NCBI RefSeq assembly: GCF_009914755.1
Contig: NC_060933.1
Reading direction: 5' to 3' (one strand)
Source of the DNA: the human T2T-CHM13v2.0 reference genome, Homo sapiens
Length of the DNA: 64,000 nt
Below are positions 1 to 13,345 of the stretch, in pieces; the first letter of the stretch is position 1; each line of letters opens with the position of its first letter. Both the position numbers and the translations under genes were made by a program. The notes below the pieces were generated by a model. It was not told the origin of the DNA and did no database searches. It saw nothing but the letters and a program-made list of their open reading frames with translations.

Positions 1-3000
1 AATGGAACGGAATGGAATGGAATGGGATGGAATGGAATCAATCTGAGTGCAGGGGAATGGAATGGAATGGAATGCAATGGAATGGAATGGAATGGAATGG
101 AATGCAATGGAATCAACTAGATTGCAATGGGATGGAATGGAATGGAATGGAATGGAAGGGAATGGAATGGAATGGAATTAACCTGAACAGAATGGAATGG
201 AATGGAATGGAACGGAATGGAAGGGAATGGAATGGAATGGAATTAAGCTGAAGAGAATGGAATGGAATGGAATGGAACGGAATGGAATGGAATGGAATGG
301 AATGGAATGCAATGGAATGGGATCAACCCGAGTGCAGGGGAATGGAATGGAATGGAATGCAATGGAATGGAATCAATCAACCCGAGTGCAATAGAATGCA
401 GTGGAATGGAATGGAATGGAATGGAAAGTACCCGAATGGAAAGGAATGTAATGGAGTGTAAGGGAATTAAAAAGAATCAATCCGAATGTAATGGAATGGA
501 AGGGAACGGAATGGAATGGAATGGAATGGAATGGAATGGAATGGAATGGAATGAAATGGAATGGCATGGAATGGAATGGAATCAACCTGAGTTCAATGGA
601 ATGGAATGGAATGGAATGGAATGGATTCAACCCGAATGGAATGGAAAGGAATGGAATAAACCCGAGTGAAATGGCATGGAAGGGAATGGAATGGAATGGA
701 ATGGTAAGGAATAGAATGGAATGGAACGAAATGGAATGGAATGGAATGGAATGGAATGGAATGGAATGGAATGGAATGAACCCGTGTGCAATGGAATGGA
801 ATGGAATGGAATGGAATGGAATGGAATGGAATGGGTTCAACTAGAATGGAATGGAAAGGAATGGAATCAACCCGAGTGGAATGGCATGGAATGGAATGGA
901 AAGGAATGGAATGGAATGGAATGGAATGGAATGGAATGGAATGAAATGGAATGGAAGGGAATGGATTGAAATGGAATGGAATGGAATGGAATCAACCCGA
1001 GTGCAATGTAATGGAATTGAATGGAATGGAATGGAATGGAATGGAATGAATTCAACCCGAATGGAATGGAAAGGAATGGAATAAACCCGAGTGGAATGGC
1101 ATGGAATGGATTGGAATGGAATGGAATGGAATACTACGGAAGAGAATGGAATGGAACGAAATGGAATGGAATGGAATGGAATGGAATGGAATGAACACGT
1201 GAGCAATGGAATGGAATCGAATGGAATGGAATGGAATGGAATGGATTCAACTCGAATGGAATGGAAAGGAATGGAATCAACCCGAGTGGAATGGCATGGA
1301 ATGGAATGGAATGCAATGGAATGGAATGGAATGGAATGGAATCAACTCGATTGCAAAGGAATGTAATGGAATGGAATGGAACGGAATTAACGCAAATAGA
1401 ATGGAATGGAAAGGAATGGAAAGGAATGGAATGGAAAGGAATGGAATGGAATCAATCTGAGTGCAGGGGAATGGAATGGAATGGAGTGCAATGGAATGGA
1501 AAGGAATGGAATGCAATGGAATCACCTCGATTGCAATGGGATGGAATGGAATGGAATGGAATGGAAGGGAATGGAATGGAATGGAATTAACCTGAACAGA
1601 ATGGAATGGAATGGTATGGAATGGAATGGAATGGAATGGAATGGAATGCAATGGAATGGAATCAATCAACGCGAGTGCAATAGAATGCAGTGGAATGGAA
1701 TGGAATGGAATGGAAAGTACCCGAATGGAATGGAATGGAATGGAGTGTAAGGGAATTAAAAAGACTCAATCCGAATGTAATGGAATGGAATTGAAAGGAA
1801 AGGAATGGAATGGAATGGAATGGAATGGAATGGAATGAAATGGAATGCCATAGAATGGAATGGAATCAACCCGAGCGCAATGGAATGGAATGGAATGGAA
1901 TGGATTCAACCCGAATGGAATGGAAAGGAATGGAATAAACCCGAGTGAAATGGCATGGAAGGGAATGGAATGGAATGGAATGGTACGGAGTAGAATGGAA
2001 TGGAACGAAATGGAATGGAATGGAATGGAATGGAATGGAATGGAATGGAATGGAATGAACCCGTGAGCAATGGAATGGAATGGAATGGAATGGAATGGAA
2101 TGGGTTCAATTCGAATGGAATGGAAAGGAATGGAATCAACCCGAGTGCAATGGCATGGAATGGAATGGAATGGAATGGAATGGAATGGAATGGATTCAAC
2201 CCAAATGGAATGGAAAGGAATGGAATAAACCCGAGTGGAATGGCATGGAATGGAGTGGAATGGAATGGAATGGAATGGAATGGAATGGAATGGAATTAAC
2301 CCTAATAGAATGGAATGGAATCGAATGGAATGGAATAGAAGGGAATGGAATGGAATGGAATGGAATGGAATTAACCCGAATAGAATGGAATGGAATGGAA
2401 TGGAATGGAATGGAATGGAATCAACTCGATTTCATTGGAATGGAATGGAATGGAATGGAATGGAAGGGAATGGAATGGAATGGAATGAAATTAACCTGAA
2501 TAGAATGGAATGGAATGGAATGGAATGGAATGGAATGGAATGGAATGGAATAGAATGTAATTCAACCGAGTGCAGGGGAATGGAATGGAATGGAATGCAA
2601 TGGAATGGAATCATACGGAATGGAATGGAATGGAATGGAATGCAATGGAATGGAATGGAATCAACCCGATTGCAATGGAATGGAGTGGAAAGGAATGTAA
2701 TGGAATGGAAACAACCCGAATGGAATGGAATGGAAAGGAATCGAATGGAATCAACCTGAGTGCAGGGGAATGGAATGGAATGGAATGCAATGGAATGGAA
2801 TGGAATGGAATGCAATGGAATGTAATGGAATGGAATGCAATGGAATCAACCCGAGTGCAATGTAATGGAATCGAATGGAATGGAATGGAATGGAATGGAT
2901 TCAACCCGAATGGAATGGAAAGGAATGGAATAAACCCGAGTGGAATGGCATGGAGTGGAGTGGAATGGAATGGAATGGAATAGAATGGAATGGTACGGAA

Positions 3001-6000
3001 TAGAATGGAATGGAACGAAATGGAATGGAATGGAATGGAATGGAATGGAATGGAATGGAATGGAATCAAACCGAGTGCAGGGGAATGGAATGGAATTGAA
3101 GGCAATGGAATGGAATCATCCGGAATTGAATGGAATGGAATGGAATCAACTCGATTGCAATGGAATGGAATGGAATGGCATGGAATGGAATGGAATGGAA
3201 TGCAATGCAATGGAATGCAATGGAATGGAATGGAATTAACCCGAATAGAATGGAATGGAATGGAATGGAAGTAAATGGAATGGAAGGTAATGAACCCGAG
3301 TGCAGGGGAATGGAATGGAATGGAATGCAATGGAATGGAGTCATCCGGAATGGAACGGAAAGGAATGGAATGGAACCAACCCGTGTGCAATGGAATTGAA
3401 AGGAATGGAATGGAATGGAATGGAATGGAATGGAATGGAATGGATTCAACCCGAATGGAATGGAAAGGAAGGGAATCAACCCAAGTGGAATGGCATGGAA
3501 TGGAATGGATTGGAATGGAATGGAATGGAATGCTACCGAATAGAATGGAATGGAACGAAATGGAGTAGAATGGAATGGAATGGAATGCAATCAACCCGAG
3601 TGCAATGGAATGGAGTGGAATGGATTGGAATGGAATGGAAACAACCTGAATGGAATGGAATGAAATGGAGTGTAAGGGAATTGAATACAATCAAACCGAA
3701 TGTAATGGAATGGAATGGAACGGAATGGAATGGAATGGAATGGAATGGAATGCAGTGGAATGGAATCAAACCTAGTGCAATGGAATGGAATGGAATGGAA
3801 TGGAATGGAATGGAATGGAATCAATTCGATTGCAATGGAATGGAATTGAATGGAATGGAATGGAATGGAATGGGTTCAACTCGAATGGAATGGAAAGGAA
3901 TGGAATCAACCCGAGTGGAATGGCATGGAATGGAATGCAATGGAATGGAATGGAATGGAATGGAATGCAATGGAATGGAATGGAATGCAATGGAATCAAC
4001 CCGAGTGCTATGTAATGGAATTGAATGGAATGGAATGGAATGGAATGGAATGGAATGGAATGGATTCAACCCGAATGGAATGGAAAGGAATGGAATAAAC
4101 CCGAGTGGAATGGCATGGAATGGAGTGGAATGGAATGGAATGGAATGGAATGGAATGGAATGGTACGGAATAGAATGGAATGGAACGAAATGGAATGTAA
4201 TGTAATGGAATGGAATGGAATGGAATGAACCCGTGTGCAATGGAATGGAATGGAAAGGAATGGATTGGAATGGAATGAACCCGTGTGCAATGGAATGGAA
4301 TGGAATGGAATGGAATGGAATGGAATGGATTCAAGTCGAATGGAATGGAAAGGAATGGAATCAACCCGAGTGGAATGGCATGGAATGGAATGGAATGAAA
4401 TGGAATGGAATGGAATGGAATGGTAAGGAATAGAACGGAATGAAACGAAATGGAATGGAATGGAATGGAATGGAATGGAATGGAATGGAATGGAATGGAA
4501 TGGAAAGGAATTAACCTGAACAGAATGGAATGGAATGGAATGGAATGGAATGGAATGCAATGGAATGGAATCAATCAACCCGAGTGCAATAGAATGCAGT
4601 GGAATGGAATGGAATGGAATGGAATGGAATGGAATGGAATGGAATGAAATGGAATGGCAGGGAATGGAATGGAATCAACCCGAGTGCAAAGGAATGGAAT
4701 GGAATGGAATGGAATGGATTCAACCCGAATGGAATGGAAAGGAATGGAATAAACCTGAGTGGAATCGCATGGAATGGAATGGAATGGAATGGAATGGAAT
4801 GGTACGGAATAGAATGGAATGGAAAGTAATGGAATGGAATGGAATGGAATGGAATGGAATCAAACTGAGTGCAATGGAATGGAGTGGAATGGAATGTAAT
4901 GGAATGGAAACAACCCGAATGTAATGGAATGTAATGGAGTGTAAGGGAATTGAATACAATCAATCCGAATGTAATGGAATGGAATGGAACGGAATGGAAT
5001 GGAATGGAATGCAGTGGAATGGAATCAAACCTAGTGCAATGGAATGGAATGGAATGGAATGGAATGAAATGGAATGGAATGGAATGGAATGGAATGGAAT
5101 GGATTGGATTCAACCCAAATGGAATGGAAAGCAATGGAATCAACCCGAGTGGAATGGCATGGAATTGAATGGAATGGAATGGAATGGAATGGAATGGTAC
5201 AGAATAGAATGGAATGGAATGAAATGGAATGGAATGGAATGGAATGGAATGGAATGGAACGGAATGGAATGGAATCAACTCGATTGCAATGGAATGTAAT
5301 GGAATGGAATGGAATGGAATTAACGCGAATAGAATGGAATGGAATGTAATGGAACGGAATGGAATGGAATGGGATGGAATGGAATCAATCTGAGTGCAGG
5401 GGAATGGAATGGAATGGAATGCAATGGAATGGAATGGAATGGAATGGAATGCAGTGGAATCAACTAGATTGCAATGGGATGGAATGGAATGGAATGGAAT
5501 GGAAGGGAATGGAATGGAATGGAATTAACCTGAACAGAATGGAATGGAATGGAATGGAACGGAATGGAAGGGAATGGAATGGAATGGAATTAAGCTGAAG
5601 AGAATGGAATGGAATGGAATGGAACGGAATGGAATGGAATGGAATGGAATGGAATGCAATGGAATGGGATCAACCCGAGTGCAGGGGAATGGAATGGAAT
5701 GGAATGCAATGGAATGGAATCAATCAACCCGAGTGCAATAGAATGCAGTGGAATGGAATGGAATGGAATGGAAAGTACCCGAATGCAAAGGAATGTAATG
5801 GAGTGTAAGGGAATTAAAAAGAATCAATCCGAATGTAATGGAATGCAAGGGAACGGAATAGAATGGAATGGAATGGAATGGAATGGAATGGAATGGAATG
5901 AAATGGAATGGAATGGAATGGAATGGAATGGATTCAACCCGAATGGAATGGAAAGGAATGGAATAAACCCGAGTGAAATGGCATGGAAGGGAATGGAATG

Positions 6001-9000
6001 GAATGGAATGGTAAGGAATAGAATGGAATGGAACGAAATGGAATGGAATGGAATGGAATGGAATGGAATGGAATGTAATGGAATGAACCCGTGTGCAATG
6101 GAATGGAATGGAATGGAATGGAATGGAATGGGTTCAACTAGAATGGAATGGAAAGGAATGGAATCAACCCGAGTGGAATGGCATGGAATGGAATGGAAAG
6201 GAATGGAATGGAATGGAATGGAATGGAATGGAATGGAATGAAATGGAATGGAAGGGAATGGATTGAAATGGAATGGAATGGAATGGAATCAACCCGAGTG
6301 CAATGTAATGGAATTGAATGGAATGGAATGGAATGGAATGGAATGAATTCAACCCGAATGGAATGGAAAGGAATGGAATAAACCCGAGTGGAATGGCATG
6401 GAATGGATTGGAATGGAATGGAATGGAATACTACGGAAGAGAATGGAATGGAACGAAATGGAATGGAATGGAATGGAATGGAATGGAATGAACACGTGAG
6501 CAATGGAATGGAATCGAATGGAATGGAATGGAATGGAATGGATTCAACTCGAATGGAATGGAAAGGAATGGAATCAACCCGAGTGGAATGGCATGGAATG
6601 GAATGGAATGGAATGGAATGGAACGGAATGGAATGGAATCAACTCGATTGCAAAGGAATGTAATGGAATGGAATGGAACGGAATTAACGCAAATAGAATG
6701 GAATGGAAAGGAATGGAAAGGAATGGAATGGAAAGGAATGGAATGGAATCAATCTGAGTGCAGGGGAATGGAATGGAATGGAGTGCAATGGAATGGAAAG
6801 GAATGGAATGCAATGGAATCACCTCGATTGCAATGGGATGGAATGGAATGGAATGGAATGGAAGGGAATGGAATGGAATGGAATTAACCTGAACAGAATG
6901 GAATGGAATGGTATGGAATGGAATGGAATGGAATGGAATGCAATGCAATGGAATGGAATCAATCAACGCGAGTGCAATAGAATGCAGTGGAATGGAATGG
7001 AATGGAATGGAAAGTACCCGAATGGAATGGAATGGAATGGAGTGTAAGGGAATTAAAAAGAATCAATCCGAATGTAATGGAATGGAATTGAAAGGAAAGT
7101 AATGGAATGGAATGGAATGGAATGGAATGGAATGGAATGGAATGAAATGGAATGGCATAGAATGGAATGGAATCAACCCGAGCGCAATGGAATGGAATGG
7201 AATGGAATGGAATGGAATGGAATGGAATGGATTCAACCCGAATGGAATGGAAAGGAATGGAATAAACCCGAGTGAAATGGCATGGAAGGGAATGGAATGG
7301 AATGGAATGGTACGGAGTAGAATGGAATGGAACGAAATGGAATGGAATGGAATGGAATGGAATGGAATGGAATGGAATGAACCCGTGAGCAATGGAATGG
7401 AATGGAATGGAATGGAATGGAATGGAATGGAATGGGTTCAATTCGAATGGAATGGAAAGGAATGGAATCAACCCGAGTGCAATGGCATGCAATGGAATGG
7501 AATGGAATGGAATGGAATGGAATGGAATGGAATGGATTCAACCCAAATGGAATGGAAAGGAATGGAATAAACCCGAGTGGAATGGCATGGAATGGAGTGG
7601 AATGGAATGGAATGGAATGGAATGGAATGGAATGGAATTAACCCTAATAGAATGGAATGGAATCGAATGGAATGGAATAGAAGGGAATGGAATGGAATGG
7701 AATGGAATGGAATGGAATTAACCCGAATAGAATGGAATGGAATGGAATGGAATGGAATGGAATGGAATGGAATCAACTCGATTTCAATGGAATGGAATGG
7801 AATGGAATGGAATGGAATGGAAGGGAATGGAATGGAATGGAATGAAATTAACCTGAATAGAATGGAATGGAATGGAATGGAATGGAATGGAATGGAATGG
7901 AATAGAATGTAATCCAACCGAGTGCAGGGGAATGGAATGGAATGGAATGCAATGGAATGGAATCATACGGAATGGAATGGAATGGAATGGAATGCAATGG
8001 AATGGAATGGAATCAACCCGATTGCAATGGAATGGAGTGGAATGGAATGGAATGGAATGGAAACAACCCGAATGGAATGGAATGGAAAGGAATCGAATGG
8101 AATCAACCTGAGTGCAGGGGAATGGAATGGAATGGAATGCAATGGAATGTAATGGAATGGAATGCAATGGAATCAACCCGAGTGCAATGTAATGGAATCG
8201 AATGGAATGGAATGGAATGGAATGGATTCAACCCGAATGGAATGGAAAGGAATGGAATAAACCCGAGTGGAATGGCATGGAGTGGAGTGGAATGGAATGG
8301 AATGGAATAGAATGGAATGGTACGGAATAGAATGGAATGGAACGAAATGGAATGGAATGGAATGGAATGGAATGGAATGGAATGGAATGGAATCAAACCG
8401 AGTGCAGGGGAATGGAATGGAATTGAAGGCAATGGAATGGAATCATCCGGAATTGAATGGAATGGAATGGAATCAACTCGATTGCAATGGAATGGAATGG
8501 AATGGCATGGAATGGAATGGAATGGAATGCAATGCAATGGAATGCAATGGAATGGAATGGAATTAACCCGAATAGAATGGAATGGAATGGAATGGAAGTA
8601 AATGGAATGGAAGGTAATGAACCCGAGTGCAGGGGAATGGAATGGAATGGAATGCAATGGAATGGAGTCATCCGGAATGGAACGGAAAGGAATGGAATGG
8701 AACCAACCCGTGTGCAATGGAATTGAAAGGAATGGAATGGAATGGAATGGAATGGAATGGAATGGAATGGAATGGATTCAACCCGAATGGAATGGAAAGG
8801 AAGGGAATCAACCCAAGTGGAATGGCATGGAATGGAATGGATTGGAATGGAATGGAATGGAATGCTACCGAATAGAATGGAATGGAACGAAATGGAGTAG
8901 AATGGAATGGAATGGAATGCAATCAACCCGAGTGCAATGGAATGGAGTGGAATGGATTGGAATGGAATGGAAACAACCTGAATGGAATGGAATGAAATGG

Positions 9001-9810
9001 AGTGTAAGGGAATTGAATACAATCAAACAGAATGTAATGGAATGGAATGGAACGGAATGGAATGGAATGGAATGGAATGGAATGCAGTGGAATGGAATCA
9101 AACCTAGTGCAATGGAATGGAATGGAATGGAATGGAATGGAATGGAATGGAATCAATTCGATTGCAATGGAATGGAATTGAATGGAATGGAATGGAATGG
9201 GTTCAACTCGAATGGAATGGAAAGGAATGGAATCAACCCGAGTGGAATGGCATGGAATGGAATGCAATGGAATGGAATGGAATGGAATGGAATGCAATGG
9301 AATGGAATGGAATGCAATGGAATCAACCCGAGTGCTATGTAATGGAATTGAATGGAAAGGAATGGAATGGAATGGAATGGATTCAACCCGAATGGAATGG
9401 AAAGGAATGGAATAAACCCGAGTGGAATGGCATGGAATGGAGTGGAATGGAATGGAATGCAATGGAATGGAATGGAATGGTACGGAATAGAATGGAATGG
9501 AACGAAATGGAATGTAATGTAATGGAATGGAATGGAATGGAATGAACCCGTGTGCAATGGAATGGAATGGAAAGGAATGGATTGGAATGGAATGAACCCG
9601 TGTGCAATGGAATGGAATGGAATGGAATGGAATGGAATGGAATGGATTCAAGTCGAATGGAATGGAAAGGAATGGAATCAACCCGAGTGGAATGGCATGG
9701 AATGGAATGGAATGAAATGGAATGGAATGGAATGGAATGGTACGGAATAGAACGGAATGAAACGAAATGGAATGGAATGGAATGGAATGGAATGGAATGG
9801 AATGGAAAGG
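1..9810 (+). repeat. ~5.3 kb tandem duplication / higher-order repeat (1-5347 and 5348-~9810; second copy partial)
   Basis: Identical ORF translations at 12/5359, 841/6138, 2940/8267 and 4215/9532. Shared rare variants: TTAAGCTGAAGAG (~243/~5590), ATACTACGGAAGAG (~1131/~6428), TGCTACCGA (~3531/~8863), TTCAAGTCGA (~4330/~9647) and EcoRI GAATTC (1048/6345). Confidence 0.9.
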
Positions 9811-11949
9811 AATGGAATGGAATCAACCCGAGTGCAGGTGAATGGAATGGAATGGAAGGCAATGGAATGCAATCATCCGGAATTGAATGGAATGGAATGG
9901 AATGGAATGGAATCAACTCGATTGCAATGGAATGTAATGGAATGGAATGGAATGGAATTAACCCTAATAGAATGGAATGGAATGGAATGGAAGGGAATGG
10001 AATGGAATGGAATGGAATGGAATTAACCGGAATAGAATGTAATGGAATGGAATGGAATGTAATGGAATGGAATGGAATGAAATGGAATCAACTCGATTTC
10101 AATGGAATGGAATGGAATGGAATGGAATGGCATGGAATGGAATGAAATTAACCTGAATAGAATGGAATGGAATGGAATGGAATGGAATGGAATGGAATGG
10201 AATGGAATGGAATGGAATAGAGTGGAATGGAATGGAATGGAATAGAATGGAATCCACCCGAGTGCAGGGGAATGGAATGGAATGGAATGCAATGGAATGG
10301 AATCATACGGAATGGAATGGAATGGAAAGGAATGGAATCAACCCGATTGCAATGGAATGGAGTGGAATGGAATGGAATGGAATGGAAACAACCCGAATGG
10401 AATGGAATGGAATGGAATGGATTGTAAGGGAATTGAATAGAATCAATACGAATGTAATGGAATGGAATGGAACGGAATGGAATGCAATGGAATGGAATGG
10501 AATCCAATGGAATGGGTTCAACCCGAGTGCAATGGAATGGAATCGAAAGTAAAGGAATGGAATGGAATGGATTCAACACGAATGGAATGGAAAGGAATGG
10601 AATCAACCCGAGTGGAATGGAATTTAATGGAATGGAATGGAATGGAATGCAGTGAAATGGAATCAAACCTAGTGCAATGGAATGGAATGGAATGGAATGG
10701 AATGGAATGGAATGGATTAGATTCAACCCAAATGGAATGGAAAGCAATGGAATCAACCCGAGTGGAATGGCATGGAATGGAATGGAATGGAATGGAATGG
10801 AAAGGTACGGAATAGAATGGAATGGAACGAAATGGAATGGAATGGGATGGAATGGAATGGAATGGAATGGAATGGAATAGAATGGAATCCACCCGATTAC
10901 AGGGGAATGGAATGGAATGGAATGCAAAGGAATGGAATGGAATGGATTCAACCCGAATGGAATGGAAAGGAAAGGAATAATCCCGAGTGAAATGGCATGG
11001 AAGGGAATGGAATGGAATGGAACGGTACGGAGTAGAATGGAATGGAACGAAATGGAATGGAATGGAATGGAATGGAATGAACCCGTGAGCAATGGAATGG
11101 AATGGAATGGAATGGAATGGAATTTGTTCAACTCGAATGGAATGGAAAGGAATGGAATCAACCCGAGTGGAATGGCATGGAATGGAATGGAATGGAATGT
11201 AATGGAATGGAATGGAATGGAATGGATTCAACCCGAATGGAATGGAAAGGAATGGAATAAACCCGAGTGGAATGGCATGGAACGGAGTGGAATGGAATGG
11301 AATGGAAGGGAATGGTACGGAATAGAATGGAATGGAACGAAATGGAATGGAATGGAACGGAATGGAATGGAATGGAATGGAAAGGAATGAACCCGTGTGC
11401 AATTGAATGGAATCGAATGGAATGGAATGCAATGGAATGGGTTCAACTAGAATGGAATGGAAAGGAATGGAATCAACCCGAGTGGAATAGCATGGTATGG
11501 AATGGAATGGAATGGAATGGAATGGAAAGGTACGGAATAGAATGGAATGGAACGAAATGGAATGGAATGGAATGGAATGAATGGAATGGAATGGAATAGA
11601 ATGGAATCCACCCGATTGCAGGGTAATGGAATGGAACGGAATGCAATGGAATGGAATGGAATGGATTCAACCCGAATGGAATGGAAAGGAATGGAATCAA
11701 CCCGAGTGGAATGGCATGGAATGGAATGGAATGGAATGGAATAGTACGGAATAGAATGGAATGGAACGAAATGGAATGGAATGGAATCAACCTGAGTGCA
11801 ATGGAATGGAGTGGAATGGAATGTAATGGAACGGAAACAACCCGAATGGAATGGAATGTAATGGAGTTTAAGGGAATTGAATACAATCAATCCGAATGTA
11901 ATGGAATGGAATGGAACGGAATGGAATGGAATGGAATGGAATGGAATGG

Positions 11950-13345
11950 AATGGAATGAAATGGAATGGCAGGGAATGGAATGGAATCAACCCGAGTGCA
12001 AAGGAATGGAATGGAATGGAATGGAAGGGAATGGAATGGAATGGATTCAACCCGAACGGAATGGAAAGGAATGTAATAAACCTGAGTGGAATGGCATGGA
12101 ATGGAATGGAATGGAATGGAATGGTACGGAATAGAATGGAATGGAACGAAATGGAATGGAATGGAATGCAATGGAATGGAATCAACCTGAGTGCAATGGA
12201 ATGGAGTGGAATGGAATGAAATGGAATGGAAACAACCCGAATGGAATGGAATGTAATGGAGTGTAAGGGAATTGAATACAATCAATCCGAATGTAATGGA
12301 TTGGAATGGAACGGAATGGAATGGAATGGAATGGTATGGAATGGAATGGAATGGTATGGAATAGAATGGAATGGAACGAATTGGAATGGAATGGAATGGA
12401 GTGGAATGGAATGAAATGGAATGGAAACAACCCGAATGGAATGGAATGTAATGGAGTGTAAGGGAATTGAATACAATCAATCCGAATGTAATGGATTGGA
12501 ATGGAACGGAATGGAATGGAATGGAATGCCGTGGAATGTAATCAAACCTAGTGCAATGGAATGGAATGGAATGGAATGGAATGGAATGGAATGGAATGGA
12601 ATGGATTGGATTCAACCCAAATGGAATGGAAAGCAATGGAATCAACCCGAGTGGAATGGCATGGAATGGAATGGAATGGAATGGAATGGAATGGAATGGA
12701 ATGGTACAGAATAAAATGGAATGGAACGAAATGGAATGGAATGGAATGGAATGGAACGGAATGGAATGGAATCAACTCGATTGCAATGGAATGTAATGGA
12801 ATGGAATGGAATGGAATTAACGCGAATAGAATGGAATGGAATGTAATGGAACGGAATGGAATGGAATGGGATGGAATGGAATCAGTCTGAGTGCAGGTGA
12901 ATGGAATGGAATGGAATGCAATGGAATGGAATGGAATGGAATGGAATGCAATGGAATCAACTAGATTGAAATGGGACGGAATGGAATGGAATGGAATGGA
13001 AGGGAATGGAATGGAATGGAATTAACCTGAACAGAATGGAATGGAATGGAATGACACGGAATGGAAGGGAATGGAATGGAATGGAATTAACCTGAACAGA
13101 ATGGAATGGAATGGAATGGAACGGAATGGAATGGAATGGAATGGAATGGAATGGAATGGAATGCAATGAAATGGGATCAACCCGAGTGCAGGGGAATGGA
13201 ATGGAATGGAATGCAATGGAATGGAATCAATGAACCCGAGTGCAATAGAATGCAGTGGAATGGAATGGAATGGAATGGAAAGTACCCGAATGGAATGGAA
13301 TGGAATGGAGTGTAAGGGAATTAAAAAGAATCAATCCGAATGTAA
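11950..13345 (+). repeat. Diverged third partial copy of the domain A 5.3 kb unit (paralog of ~4640-5835)
   Basis: Same module order and rare variants: GGAATGGCAGGGAATGG...GAGTGCAAAGG (~4651/~11963), GGATTGGATTCAACCCAAA, GGTACAGAAT, TTAACGCGAATAG, CAACTAGATT, GGAAAGTACCCG and ATTAAAAAGAATC. It carries an extra internal 195 bp duplication. Confidence 0.75.
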
